Made by a program: the position numbers and the translations under genes. DNA of 59,791 bases, the filler included. It is 7 parts of 7 records of this genome, joined end to end, with 100 filler letters (N's around TTAATTAATTAA, not from the genome) between each part and the next. Parts side by side here need not be neighbours in the genome. Positions count along the whole stretch, not along the records: positions 1 to 15,092 come from SRR31156797_51367; positions 15,193 to 27,755 come from SRR31156797_51401; 5 more parts are not named here. The stretch is one strand, 5' to 3'. The notes under the pieces were generated by a model. The model saw nothing but the letters and a program-made list of their open reading frames with translations, was not told the DNA's origin and ran no database searches. Shown one piece after another: positions 8,484 through 17,514 of the stretch. How positions within the stretch are numbered: the first letter of the stretch is position 1; each line of letters starts with the position of its first letter.

Positions 8484-11279
8484 TTACCCCTCTCCCCCTG
8501 ACGCGGTTGTCTCGGGAATCTGGATCCTGAAGATGATGCCCTTGCCGCAGTTGTTCTGCAGACGGATCTTTCCTTTCAAATCATTATGAATGATCTGGGC
8601 TACGGCGGCGAGGCCGACTCCCCGCCCGCTGGTCATGGAGAGGGAGTCCTTGGTGCTGACCCCGTGGGTGAAGATGTTTTTCAGGATCTTCTTTTCATCC
8701 TTACTGTCTTGGGGAGCGATCCGGTTTTCTTTCAGAAGACGTTTCTTCAGTATCTCCGTATCGATTCCGCAGCCGTCGTCCTTGAGGAGGATCTCGTAGC
8801 TCCCGTCGGGGGCTTTGCGGATCGTCAGTTCGATGCTTCCCTCCTCCGCCTTGCCGCAGAGAAGCCGCTCCACGGGGGGCTCAATACCGTGATCGATGCT
8901 GTTGTTGATCAGATGGATCAAGGGGATTCTGAGTTTGTTCAGGAGGGGATCGGAAATCAGAGCCGGGTCGATCCGACATCGGAATCTGATTTTCTTACCA
9001 TGGGTCTCAGCCCCTTTATTCACCAGGTCCCTCAGAGTACTCAGGAGCTTTGCCCAGCTGTTTCGCTCCTGACGGTCAAAGTTTCGAACCGCATCCCGCA
9101 GCTCAGCGCAGAGCTCGTCAATGATAAAGAGCTCGTCGATGATCTCCTCAATATCCTCAAGAATGGGGATGGTATCGATCTCCCTCTTTTCTTCGGACGA
9201 CAGGAGGCCGGAAAGCATAGTTTCTTCGTAGAGATCTTGAATCCGGCTCTCCAGACCGTGGAGCATGCGGGCTACATGGTCGCATCCGAAGACCTGGGCG
9301 ATTCCCTTTTGGGAGTGCAGATCGGCGGCGTAGCGCTTGTAGTTTTGATCGTTCAGGGCATGGGCGTCCGCCGTAAGGGTTACTTTCATGGACATCAGGA
9401 GCTTGGACGACTCCATGATGAATTCTTCGATCTCCCAGGTGTTATGTTTGATCAGGATCGAGATGATATCCGCTTCCCTATCCTTCTTTTGCTTCTCTTC
9501 GTTCAGGAGCTCTCCCATTTGATATTGCCGGGTGTTGTCGGAGATCAGCATCATGATATTCTGCTCGGACTCGGTTTCGAAACGATTGAAGTCAACCGAC
9601 AGATGCCGCTCCTCGTAGCCCGAGGGCTTCCGCTTGGAGGGCACCTTGAGGGTGAAGGCTTTCAGGGGGTTGATTTCCGCGAACATTGCGGGGGCACTGT
9701 GGGTATTCTGAAACATCATCGTCAGAAATTCGTTCAGTTCGTCGTAGCGCTCACTGTCGTGAGGGAAGAAGAGAGAGGCCACGGGCCGGCCCTCGATGAT
9801 TGAGGTCTGAAGGATGGTATGAACGGAGCGGGAGTACTCCCCTACGATGCTCAGGTCCTTGTTGATGATGAGCAGGCCCTGCTGTATATGGTCCAGGATT
9901 TTCCTTGTTTCGGCATGGGCCAGGCGCAGGATGCGCTTTTCATTGACCAGTTTCAGTTTCTCTTCGTGCTTGATCTCCACCATGCGCTGGACGCAGAGGT
10001 GGCAGTTCTCGGCCTTGTTCAGGCCGTTGTAGATGGCGGCGGCCATCATCTCGCAGGAGTTGTAACCGCAGGTGGTGCAGTTTAGAATGTCTTCCTTTCC
10101 ATCCCTTTTGAGCAGCCTGTTCCTATAGATGATCTGCAGGGCTTCCTCGTCGGGCATCCGGATCGTTCTGAACCGTTCCGACTGATCCCGGTAGGAGCGG
10201 TCATAGAGTCCCCGCTTCCAGTAGGGTTCGACGGCCCTTCGTATCTTCCCTTTGGAGCTCCTCCCGGTGAAGGGCGATCTGTATATTTTTTTAAAGCCCT
10301 CTGCCCGCCGGGCGACGGGCATTTCCAGTTCGTCCACCGGCTTGTCACCCACATCGGTTCCAGTCCCGGCGTTGCAGCCCTTGGCGCAGCTCCGGCAGTC
10401 CAGGAGGAGGGGATGGGTCCCGCTGCGTATGCTCTGTTCCAAGCCGTCGAGGTAGGGAAAAACATCCTCTCCCTCCACCCTTCGGATACGCTCGGCCAGG
10501 GTATGGCGTTCCCGGAGGACGAGCTTCGTCAGCCCGCCCACAGAAGAGACCAGGGCCCCCCTCTCGGGAGGGGGATTCTCGAACTCCCCTTCCTCATAAT
10601 GCGAGAGATCCGCTCCCTCCGACTCCAGCTGTCTGTTGAGCCCCGAGAGGGTGACGTTGTATACCTCGAAGCCCGTCTCGGCGAACTCCCTTTTCTTGGC
10701 GATGCAGGAGCTTAAGACCATAATCCGATGGTCCTTGTAGAGGGGGTAGAATTCCCGTATCATCTTGAGGCTGTGGATGTTGGGGCTGTCCACAGGGGCC
10801 AGGCAGGGGATGAGCTCGGGGTGGAAGATCTCGACGTAGGAAACCACCGCCGGGCAGGGCTGGGCGATGACCATCTCCGGGTTCTTACGCTCCACTACGT
10901 CCAGATAGCTCTTGACCGTCAGCTCGGCCCCGAAACTGGCATCGAAGACTGCCCCGACCCCTTTGGACCGGAGCCAGCTGATCAGCCGGTGGCTTCGCCC
11001 GGCGAAGCTGGCGATTAGGGAGGGCTCGGCCAGGGCTATCATGGGCTCGCCTCTGCTGAGGGCGTCGAAGGCGGTCTGGGCATCGCAGATACCCGTCCGC
11101 GCCTTCTGACGGCAGGTCGCCAGGCAGCGGCCGCAGCCTATGCACAGTTCATGATTCATCGAAACAGCGGGACCGCTGCCGTCAATACAGAATTTGACCG
11201 GGCAGACTGAGAGGCAGACCCGGCAATTGTTGCATCTCTGTTCGTCGATGCGTATCAGCGGTATAATCGACCCTGTCAT
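8484..11279 (-). CDS. [FeFe]-hydrogenase-like sensory domain fused to PAS-like, HPt and CheA-type HATPase domains
   Basis: Two ferredoxin motifs CNNCRVCLSVCP and CIGCGRCLATC; H-cluster-like AQPCPA, SCIAKKRE and CRSCAKGCNAG; FeS motif CTTCGYNSC..C; HPt LHSQKG; NNSIDHGIE, DDGCGID, GVSTK and SGRGVGL boxes; GGAGGA RBS favours ATG 11279. Confidence 0.85.
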   Translation of the reverse strand: MTGSIIPLIRIDEQRCNNCRVCLSVCPVKFCIDGSGPAVSMNHELCIGCGRCLATCRQKARTGICDAQTAFDALSRGEPMIALAEPSLIASFAGRSHRLISWLRSKGVGAVFDASFGAELTVKSYLDVVERKNPEMVIAQPCPAVVSYVEIFHPELIPCLAPVDSPNIHSLKMIREFYPLYKDHRIMVLSSCIAKKREFAETGFEVYNVTLSGLNRQLESEGADLSHYEEGEFENPPPERGALVSSVGGLTKLVLRERHTLAERIRRVEGEDVFPYLDGLEQSIRSGTHPLLLDCRSCAKGCNAGTGTDVGDKPVDELEMPVARRAEGFKKIYRSPFTGRSSKGKIRRAVEPYWKRGLYDRSYRDQSERFRTIRMPDEEALQIIYRNRLLKRDGKEDILNCTTCGYNSCEMMAAAIYNGLNKAENCHLCVQRMVEIKHEEKLKLVNEKRILRLAHAETRKILDHIQQGLLIINKDLSIVGEYSRSVHTILQTSIIEGRPVASLFFPHDSERYDELNEFLTMMFQNTHSAPAMFAEINPLKAFTLKVPSKRKPSGYEERHLSVDFNRFETESEQNIMMLISDNTRQYQMGELLNEEKQKKDREADIISILIKHNTWEIEEFIMESSKLLMSMKVTLTADAHALNDQNYKRYAADLHSQKGIAQVFGCDHVARMLHGLESRIQDLYEETMLSGLLSSEEKREIDTIPILEDIEEIIDELFIIDELCAELRDAVRNFDRQERNSWAKLLSTLRDLVNKGAETHGKKIRFRCRIDPALISDPLLNKLRIPLIHLINNSIDHGIEPPVERLLCGKAEEGSIELTIRKAPDGSYEILLKDDGCGIDTEILKKRLLKENRIAPQDSKDEKKILKNIFTHGVSTKDSLSMTSGRGVGLAAVAQIIHNDLKGKIRLQNNCGKGIIFRIQIPETTASGGEG

Positions 11280-11292
11280 GGGCTCCTCCTTC

Positions 11293-11781
11293 TCAGGACC
11301 TTGCATCCTTGCCGGCGGCGGGCCGCCCGCTGCCTTTGATAGAGACCAGAACCCTGAGGCCTCCGTATCGTGTCATAAAAGGGATAGCTATAACCGGCAC
11401 GCCCCGTTCCCAGCGGAATTTGTATTTCTCTCCAATGATCACCCCGGGAAGGGATATTTCTATCCTCTGGTCCAGGTACTGCTTGGCGTTTCCGGCGATG
11501 ATGTTGACCATCTCCCCTACAGCGTCCACCAGATCCCGGGAGAGGGCCCGGTAGCGAACCCCCGCGAAGAGGGTCCCTATCTCGATGGCCGTATTCCGGG
11601 AGAAGTTGAGGACGATCGTTCCCTTGACCTCTCCCGCCAGACCGATCAGCGCCGAGACATCTGATATGTTGTCTGGCTCTCGCTCTAAGTAGGGCTTGTA
11701 GTTTTCGATCTCCATGGACAGGTAGTCCCGGAAAAAGGTCAGGGTGGATTGCAGAAAGGGATTGATATACTCGGCATTCAT
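11293..11781 (-). CDS. cheX: Chemotaxis phosphatase CheX
   Basis: MNAEYINPF start, VSALIGLAG, DAVGEMVNIIAGNAK (ExxN), ISLP. Confidence 0.9.
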   Translation of the reverse strand: MNAEYINPFLQSTLTFFRDYLSMEIENYKPYLEREPDNISDVSALIGLAGEVKGTIVLNFSRNTAIEIGTLFAGVRYRALSRDLVDAVGEMVNIIAGNAKQYLDQRIEISLPGVIIGEKYKFRWERGVPVIAIPFMTRYGGLRVLVSIKGSGRPAAGKDARS

Positions 11782-11805
11782 AGCTGTCTCTCCATAGGGG
11801 ATTTT

Positions 11806-12198
11806 TTATCTGCGTATGTCTAAGAAAGGGTTCACCTTTTCCCAGAGGATGCGGGATTTGATGGGCTTGATCATATAATCCGTCACCCCCGCTTTGATGG
11901 CCTCTATTACGTTGTATTTTCCCGCTTCGGCGGTGACCATGATGATGGGAGTGTTCTGGTAGCGTTCGATGAGCCTCAGGGTTTTGGTCAGATGGAGCCC
12001 GTTGAGATCGGGCATATTCCAGTCGATGATGAAGAGGTCTATGTCCACCTCTTTTACCAGCTTCAGGGCCGCGAGTCCGTTCTCGGCGTGATATATATCC
12101 TTTTCCTTGAATCCTTTTTCTATCAGGAGGTTCGTATGTAAGCGCCTGATAACCTTGGCATCATCACAGATCAAAACCTTCATACCCATGTTATTCAC
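11806..12198 (-). CDS. cheY: CheY-like single-domain response regulator
   Basis: LICDD, DWNMP, TPIIMVTAE, YMIKP. Confidence 0.85.
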   Translation of the reverse strand: MNNMGMKVLICDDAKVIRRLHTNLLIEKGFKEKDIYHAENGLAALKLVKEVDIDLFIIDWNMPDLNGLHLTKTLRLIERYQNTPIIMVTAEAGKYNVIEAIKAGVTDYMIKPIKSRILWEKVNPFLDIRR

Positions 12199-12421
12199 CT
12201 CTTCTAGGTAGTTTTTATGCTAATGAATCCTACAAAGCTATAAGTCAAGCACTTGGATTTTTATCAGTACCACGGCAATTCAGGTTATAAAGGTTGGTAT
12301 ATCGTAAATGTCTATATTGATTTTTTGCCGCAGTCGTTCCCCGCAGGGGCTTAAACATTGGTCCTATAGTAAGAACCCCGGCCATCCATACCATAACGGC
12401 GGTTGACTGGGGCGGTTCCTC

Positions 12422-12931
12422 TTATGGGGTGGCCAAGGCCTCACTGCTGAAAAGGTAACTGATATCATCATTGGACTGAAGTTCTAAGCAGCTTCCTTCC
12501 GCATCCAAGGTATAGTAGAGCAAAACTTCGGTTTCGAAATCGAACCCGCTTTGAATCATCTCATGTTCATTGCTCCACCAACCCTTTGATATGCCGAAAG
12601 CCAAAAGAGCGTCATCGTCATACCAGCCCTCTTCATTGGAGGTGATATCTTGTCCGCTGACATAGACTTTCTCAAGATCAATGGTAAAGGAATTCCCAGA
12701 TTCTTTATCCAAATCGTAGCGTCGGAAGGGGCTGTAGACTCCCTCATCTTTAAAGTAGACAGTACCGTCATCGTCGGTGAAATCATACTTCCAGAAATCG
12801 TCTCCATCAAATTCATACCAGATACCCGCATAATCCTCATTCATGGAAGAACCGTCGTCATCATCGCAGGAGGCGAATACGAAGAGAAGGGAAAAAAACA
12901 GAATCGATAGCCATACTCTTTTCATGGACAA
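12422..12931 (-). CDS. Acidic hypothetical lipoprotein
   Basis: Signal peptide with FASC lipobox followed by DDDDG; GGAG RBS; more AT-rich than its neighbours. Confidence 0.7.
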   Translation of the reverse strand: MSMKRVWLSILFFSLLFVFASCDDDDGSSMNEDYAGIWYEFDGDDFWKYDFTDDDGTVYFKDEGVYSPFRRYDLDKESGNSFTIDLEKVYVSGQDITSNEEGWYDDDALLAFGISKGWWSNEHEMIQSGFDFETEVLLYYTLDAEGSCLELQSNDDISYLFSSEALATP

Positions 12932-13357
12932 CTCCTAATATAAGATTTATAGTCATTGTATAATTATAAAAGCGTTATGTCATGCTAAAAAGCATTAATA
13001 ATTGGCATGAGATGTTAAAAAAGCGCATATGGATGCTTTATTCGATTTGGGCGACACTGTATTGGATGACGCTTCGTTGATAGGGGGAAGGAGCCGCTTC
13101 GCTGACGGAAGAGCTGCCTCCGTCATTAGAGGAAGAGACGAGAAACAGGAGGGGGAGGAGAAGCGGCCAATCTCTTTTGGGGATGGTGACGATTAGGGCT
13201 CTGCCTTAAGGGATCATCTTTTTTCCAGAGGCTTTTGCGGCATCGAAAGCCCCCATGGGAGCGCTGCTTCCAAACCTCTTGTTCAAGAAACTCAACAAGG
13301 GGTTGCAGTAGGCTGAACGAGGAGACTGCGAGCCGGCGTCTCCGCTTATCGGGCGGT

Positions 13358-13693
13358 TCAGATCAGGGGGGTCACCTGGGCGAAAGCCTTGAAGCTGCTC
13401 TCCAGATGCTCTACCTCGTCATCGCTCAAGAGATCCAGCCAGCGGCCGATGCGGGCCCGGGTGCTCTTGTTTTCGGTTACCTGGGATCCGTCCAGCAGGT
13501 ATTCCACCGTCGTATCCAGTGCCTTGGCTACCGCCAGCAGATGGTCCGCCCGGGGGATGCGCCCTCTGTACCATCCGGAGATCGTCCCTATGGGAACTCC
13601 CGACTGCTGGGAGAGCCAGGGGCGTTTCTTGTTCAATCGCGTCAGTAGCAAAGACATTCTCAGTTGATAGGAGTCATCGTAATTTTCCAACAT
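13358..13693 (-). CDS. XRE/Cro-CI family HTH regulator
   Basis: LSQQSGVPIGTISGW..GRIPRADHLLAVAKALDTTVEYLL. Confidence 0.85.
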   Translation of the reverse strand: MLENYDDSYQLRMSLLLTRLNKKRPWLSQQSGVPIGTISGWYRGRIPRADHLLAVAKALDTTVEYLLDGSQVTENKSTRARIGRWLDLLSDDEVEHLESSFKAFAQVTPLI

Positions 13694-13876
13694 TTGCTGA
13701 ATTTACCATATTTTTAGCATAATTTGCACCGGTAAAATATTCTTTTTGTTTTCAGGCGTTTATGCGTTAAATTATAGGAATCATGACTTTTTTAATAGTT
13801 TTTTACTTTTTGATATAAATTGCGTCTTTTTTGATGCTTTTTTAATATTAACTCAAGTGTAAGGAATCGTTCATCC

Positions 13877-14896
13877 ATGTTGAAAATTGAAAACCTCGAG
13901 AACCTATATGTGCGGGATATAGCCTATACGCAGTGCAGGCAGATCCATCGTAGAATCGCGACGATCAAGACATTGGCATTGGTTACCCTCATCCTTCTGA
14001 TCGTCCTCTTCAAAAAGGACGCCCGCCTCTTCATTTACGAGATCCTGGTATTCGCCTTGCTGGGTTCCCTGCCCATCAAATTCTGCTACTCCCCCAACGT
14101 GCAGCTTGTGCGGCTGGTGATCTATCCCATTGTCCTGATTCAGATCCTCTTCGGTATCCTGGTCCGTCCGGGGTCGGAGCTCTCCATAGTCCGCTACGCC
14201 CTGGTCCTCTTCTACCTGGGGGTCCTGCCCCGGAGCTTCAAAGCAGATAAGATCATCCTCTTCAGCGCCCTCACCCTGGGCTTCGTCACGGAGCTATTGG
14301 AGAAGATTTTCCTACACAGCGGCGAGCCCAGGATCTTCTATCCCATCTTCGTCTTCACCTTCTCCCTCTTCTTCGTAGCCACCAACGAGGTGCGGATCCG
14401 GCAGAGTCAGAGCCACCTGCTCTACGATCCTGTTTCGGGCTTGTACAATCTCTCTTTCCGGGACTATGTTCTGCGGAGCCTTGAATCCCAGGGGGCGGAT
14501 GATTTCTATCTAATGGGGATCAAGATCCAGTCTCTGAAGCGTATCAACGAGACCTACGGCTATCAGTTCGGGGACCGCCTGATCCGGGCGGTGAGTTTTA
14601 TCGTGAAGAAGGAATCGTCCCCCCGGGCCTGGTGCTTCAGGACCGGCGGGGGCGAGCTGACCCTGATCCTGCCTGATATGAGCTTCGAGGACTCCCTCGC
14701 CCTGGCCGGCGCCGTCCGCAGCTCCCTGGACCAGGAGGGCTTCTGCAGCGGCATCTGCGATAAGATCGCCTTCGATATCGCCCTGGTTTCCAGCGAGATC
14801 CAGCCGTTCGATGAAGGATCGGCCACCCTGGACAAGCTGGAGACCGCCTTCTGCGAGGGCCGTCGTTCCCAAGAGGATAAGATCCTGGTCCTGTAG
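13877..14896 (+). CDS. Multi-TM protein with degenerate GGDEF domain
   Basis: About six TM segments, then DPVSGLYN, KRINETYGYQFGD and RTGGGEL in place of GG(D/E)EF. Confidence 0.85.
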   Translation: MLKIENLENLYVRDIAYTQCRQIHRRIATIKTLALVTLILLIVLFKKDARLFIYEILVFALLGSLPIKFCYSPNVQLVRLVIYPIVLIQILFGILVRPGSELSIVRYALVLFYLGVLPRSFKADKIILFSALTLGFVTELLEKIFLHSGEPRIFYPIFVFTFSLFFVATNEVRIRQSQSHLLYDPVSGLYNLSFRDYVLRSLESQGADDFYLMGIKIQSLKRINETYGYQFGDRLIRAVSFIVKKESSPRAWCFRTGGGELTLILPDMSFEDSLALAGAVRSSLDQEGFCSGICDKIAFDIALVSSEIQPFDEGSATLDKLETAFCEGRRSQEDKILVL

Positions 14897-14983
14897 GGGG
14901 ATGGGGGTACCGATGGAAGCCAGCCGCCGGTATTTCCCCGGCGGCTGCCGGGGAGCGGGATCGGTATCAATCTTTATAATAGC

Positions 14984-15091
14984 TCAATCGAAAACGATGG
15001 TCTTGTTTCCGAACACAAGGATCTTGTGCTCCAGATGGAGCCTGACTCCCGTGGAGAGGACGTGCTTTTCCAGGTTCCGTCCCTTTTCCAC
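14984..15091 (-). CDS. purU: Formyltetrahydrofolate deformylase, C-terminal fragment (contig edge)
   Basis: Manual translation VEKGRNLEKHVLSTGVRLHLEHKILVFGNKTIVFD* matches the PurU C-terminal pattern. Confidence 0.8.
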   Translation of the reverse strand: MEKGRNLEKHVLSTGVRLHLEHKILVFGNKTIVFD

Positions 15092-15092
15092 C

Positions 15093-15192
15093 NNNNNNNN
15101 NNNNNNNNNNNNNNNNNNNNNNNNNNNNNNNNNNNNTTAATTAATTAANNNNNNNNNNNNNNNNNNNNNNNNNNNNNNNNNNNNNNNNNNNN
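15093..15192. other. Artificial contig linker
   Basis: N-run, TTAATTAATTAA (stops in all frames), N-run; 100 nt. Confidence 0.99.
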
Positions 15193-16467
15193 ATCCAGGG
15201 TGGTGCCGGCAAAGGAGGCCACGAACACGCCCATGACCACCAGGGCGATCTTGAAGGAGATGCCGGTGGAAGCGATCATGTTGGCGGAGCCGTTAACAAA
15301 GGCGCCCACCTTGGAGCCAAGACCGGCAGCCGCGGCCCAGGAGGAGTAATGGGTGGACCAGGCCGCGATGCCCGTGAGGGTCTCTCCGGACTTGGTGGTG
15401 TACCCCATGCCGATACCGGCGGCCACGGCAATGATAACCAGGGTGGCAAGGGAGCCTTCCATGAGCATGGAGCCGTACCCGACAAACAGGGCGTCGGTCT
15501 CCTTTCTTACCTGCTTGGACGAGGTACCCGAGGAAACCAGGGAATGGAACCCGGAGATGGCGCCGCAGGCAATGGTGATGAACAGGAACGGCCACATGGG
15601 CGGCGCCTTGGCCGGAGATACCTGGACGGCCGGGGCAACGATCTCGAGGCTGCCGCTGAAGGCCGAGGCCAGGACGCCTGCGATCAGCAGGGCCATGGCA
15701 ATGACCAGCTGGTGGGAGTTGATGAAGTCCCTTGGCTGGAGCAGGGTTGTCACCGGCAGGGTGGAGGCGATGAAGGCGTAGATCAAAAGAAGGATCGTCC
15801 ATACACCGGTGGGCGGAATCCCGGCCACGGCCGGCATCTTGATGGGAATGTAGGCGCCGATGGCAACCGTGACGTACATGACGCCCACGGCGATGATGGA
15901 CCAGAGCACAATGTTCTTTCCCTTTGTATAGATGAGGTAGCCGAGATAGATGGCGATGGGGATCTCAAACCATACGGGAATGACAGAGGCGGGATACATG
16001 GCGAACACAACGGCGATGACCAGGCCGAAGATAGCGATCACGATCCAGAGCTCAAGGAATACCAGGAGGAAAAAAAGAAACCGGGTGCGGTTGTTCACAT
16101 ACTTGGAGGTGTAGTCGGCAATGGATTTGCCCTGGTTGCGCATGGAGATGACAAGGGCGCCGAAATCGTGGACCGCGCCCATGAAGATGCTGCCCACAAG
16201 GACCCAGATGAGGGCCGGCACCCAGCCCCAGATGATGGCCACGGCCGGTCCCACTATGGGGCCGGTTCCTGCGATGGAAGTGAAGTGGTGACCGAAGATC
16301 ACCTCTTTATTGGTGGGAACGTAGTCGACCCCGTCTTCCAGGTCCACCGACGGCGTGGAAGCCGCCGCCGACAGCTTGAAAATCTTCTCCCCGATGAACT
16401 TTCCGTAGAGATTGTACATCAACAGGTAACCGGCAAAAGACGCCACCATGATCAACAATGCATTCAT
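15193..16467 (-). CDS. cstA: Carbon starvation protein A family transporter (3' truncated)
   Basis: DGVDYVPT, FGHHFTSIAGTGPIVGP, LLQPRD, FITIACGAISGFH. Confidence 0.95.
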
Positions 16468-16624
16468 TGACAAATCCTCCCTTTGTATCCGCAGCGCTGA
16501 TGCCGCGTGTGATATACGGGTTATTGGAAAAGAGAAACATATTGTTAGTCAATTCTAATAACCCCCGGGGATTGAGGATGTCAAGGAATAATCCTGGAAG
16601 GCGTCCGCCGGCTAACGGCTGTAT

Positions 16625-17509
16625 TTAGTAGGGCGTCAGGCTCTCATACCCGTCTTCGGTGACCACGATGGTCTGCTCGAACTGGGCTGACAGGGAGCCG
16701 TCGTTGGTGACGGCGGTCCAGTTGTCGTCAAGGATGTGGAGATCCCTTGCGCCAAGGTTGATCATGGGTTCGATGGTAAACACCATGCCCGGCACAAGCT
16801 CGATGCCCTTGTTCTTCCGGCCGAAGTGAAGCACCTGGGGCTGCTCGTGGAAATCAAGGCCCACGCCGTGGCCGACAAACTCCCTGACCACGGAACACCC
16901 CTGGGACTCGGCATAGGTCTGGATGGCATGGCCGATATCACCGAGACGGGATCCGGGACGCACCGTTTCCATGGAGCGCCGCAGGCATTCCAGGGCGACA
17001 TTCACGATCTTACGGCCGTCGGGAGTGGGGGTGCCCACAAAAAAAGTTTTGTTGGCATCGGCATAATAGCCGTCAAGGATGGGGGTGATATCAACGTTGA
17101 CAATGTCACCGTCCTTGAGCACCCGGTCTCCGGGGATGCCGTGGCAGATCACCTCGTTGACCGACACGCATACGCTCTTTGGAAAGCCCCGGTAGTTCAG
17201 GGGGGCTGCAATGGCCCCGGCCTTGCGGGTCTCCTCCTCGATGAGGGTGTTGATGTCGTCCGTGGTGATGCCCGGCCGGATCATGGCCTCCACCTTGTCC
17301 ATCATGGAGATGAGCAGCTGCCCTGTCTTGCGGATGCCCTCGATCTGGTGGGGCTCCTTGAGGGTGATGTCGTACTGGTTCTTGTAAGCCTCTTTAAGGC
17401 TCAGCACCTTGGGCTTCTGGTTCATGCAGCAGTTCTTATACTTTTTTCCGCTTCCGCAGGGACAGGCACTGTTCCTGCCGACCTTCTTGCTTTTACCTTG
17501 GGTCCTCAT
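16625..17509 (-). CDS. map: Type I methionine aminopeptidase with N-terminal SEC-C motif
   Basis: GRNSACPCGSGKKYKNCC; SVNEVICHGIP, NVDIT, GHGVG..FHE, FTIEPMIN, SAQFEQT. Confidence 0.95.
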   Translation of the reverse strand: MRTQGKSKKVGRNSACPCGSGKKYKNCCMNQKPKVLSLKEAYKNQYDITLKEPHQIEGIRKTGQLLISMMDKVEAMIRPGITTDDINTLIEEETRKAGAIAAPLNYRGFPKSVCVSVNEVICHGIPGDRVLKDGDIVNVDITPILDGYYADANKTFFVGTPTPDGRKIVNVALECLRRSMETVRPGSRLGDIGHAIQTYAESQGCSVVREFVGHGVGLDFHEQPQVLHFGRKNKGIELVPGMVFTIEPMINLGARDLHILDDNWTAVTNDGSLSAQFEQTIVVTEDGYESLTPY

Positions 17510-17514
17510 AGCGA

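Noticed and set aside
13358-13693. Prophage
   Set aside because: Only a lone XRE gene; no integrase, structural or replication genes.
15137-15148. TTAATTAATTAA recurring six times as a biological repeat
   Set aside because: Always embedded in N-runs; it is a synthetic all-frame stop linker.
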